A stretch of DNA of 63,307 nt, filler included, from Lenisia limosa (Eukaryota; Protista; Breviatea), in NCBI GenBank assembly GCA_001655205.1. It is 17 parts of 17 records of this genome, joined end to end, with 100 filler letters (N's around TTAATTAATTAA, not from the genome) between each part and the next. Parts side by side here need not be neighbours in the genome. Positions count along the whole stretch, not along the records: positions 58,056 to 63,307 come from LPNZ01010445.1; 16 more parts are not named here. The stretch is one strand, 5' to 3'. Shown piece after piece: positions 62,702-63,307 of this stretch (positions are counted from its first letter, which is position 1; the number at the start of each line of letters is the position of its first letter). Both the position numbers and the translations under genes were made by a program. The notes under the pieces were generated by a model. That model saw only the letters and a list, made by a program, of their open reading frames with translations. It made no database searches and had not been told where the DNA came from.

Positions 62702-63307
62702 TAGTCAAAGCTCCGGACATCATTCAAAATCTCCGGACACATCAAAACTCCCGGACAGCTTGAATTTTCCCTATAAAAGTACTATAAACTTCATTTTCAT
62801 GTTATTTTCGAAAGAAATTTCAGTCATAATCACAGGATTGAATGCGGTTTTTACATATTCTTGGCTCAAAACCAATTTAAGTCACTTGGCTACTCGTTTA
62901 CGGCCCTTAAACTGCCAAAAATAACCAAAACCGTTATAATCGGCCACATTCAAGGAATAAATGGCAACTATCCGGGAAAGTTTGACCTTGTAGAAAGCAC
63001 TATTTTGAACATTTTTCTCTCAAAATTCACCATTACATAGCCAAAGCAAGGGGGAATCCATAACCAATTACTCCGAGGGGTACAATATTTTGTTTCTTAA
63101 CACTAAAAGAGGGATAGATTTAGAAAAAAATCCCGTGAAAAGGCAAAAGGGGCCACCCCCGGGAGATCAAATTCACGGATTTTTGACACTTGCTCAAAAT
63201 TGAAAAAAAAATGTTGGGGAACATTAAGAGGTCATTTTCTCTATATAATATCTGTCGAACCAGTTTTGTATTAAACACTACCGTTGACCCATACAAGGGG
63301 TCAACTT
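62702..63307. mobile_element. Family 3 pogo-like element, cut by the window end
   Basis: TA|TAGTCAAAGCTCCGGACATCATTCAAAATCTCCGGACACATCAAAACTCCCGGACAGCTTGAA followed by the same interior as the other two copies. Confidence 0.9.

Noticed and set aside
1-63307. Gene clustering of signalling genes (kinase, RasGEF, cyclase) as a functional locus
   Set aside because: They lie on different scaffolds joined arbitrarily.

Overview
This is eukaryotic, intron-rich, AT-rich DNA from a fragmented draft assembly. It is a concatenation of 17 unrelated scaffolds joined by an artificial N..TTAATTAATTAA..N linker (16 linkers), so adjacency across a linker carries no biological meaning. The gene content and short GT-AG introns suggest a protist, possibly an amoebozoan; this is inference only. 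Most ORFs in the supplied track are artefacts of introns, N runs or low complexity. By manual splicing I recognise CTR9, a RasGEF, the C-terminus of an AGC kinase, a two-domain membrane cyclase with guanylyl-type residues and inverted C1/C2 roles, the C-terminus of a METTL25-like protein, a calpain-7-like exon, an EGF-containing type I membrane protein and a protist polytopic membrane protein. The mobile-element load is high: a decayed Ngaro/DIRS-type tyrosine-recombinase retroelement with an apparent intron in gag, a second recombinase relic, a DDE_1 (pogo-like) transposase relic, and at least six non-autonomous repeat families. The most novel signals link repeats to splicing. One ~140-bp element reads GTATGC...pyrimidine tract-AG and coincides with predicted splice sites. 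A second, intron-resident repeat ends at predicted 3' splice sites. Introns also tend to open with G-runs and close with C-runs. All gene models are manual predictions without transcript or database support. I saw no rRNA, tRNA or CRISPR array.
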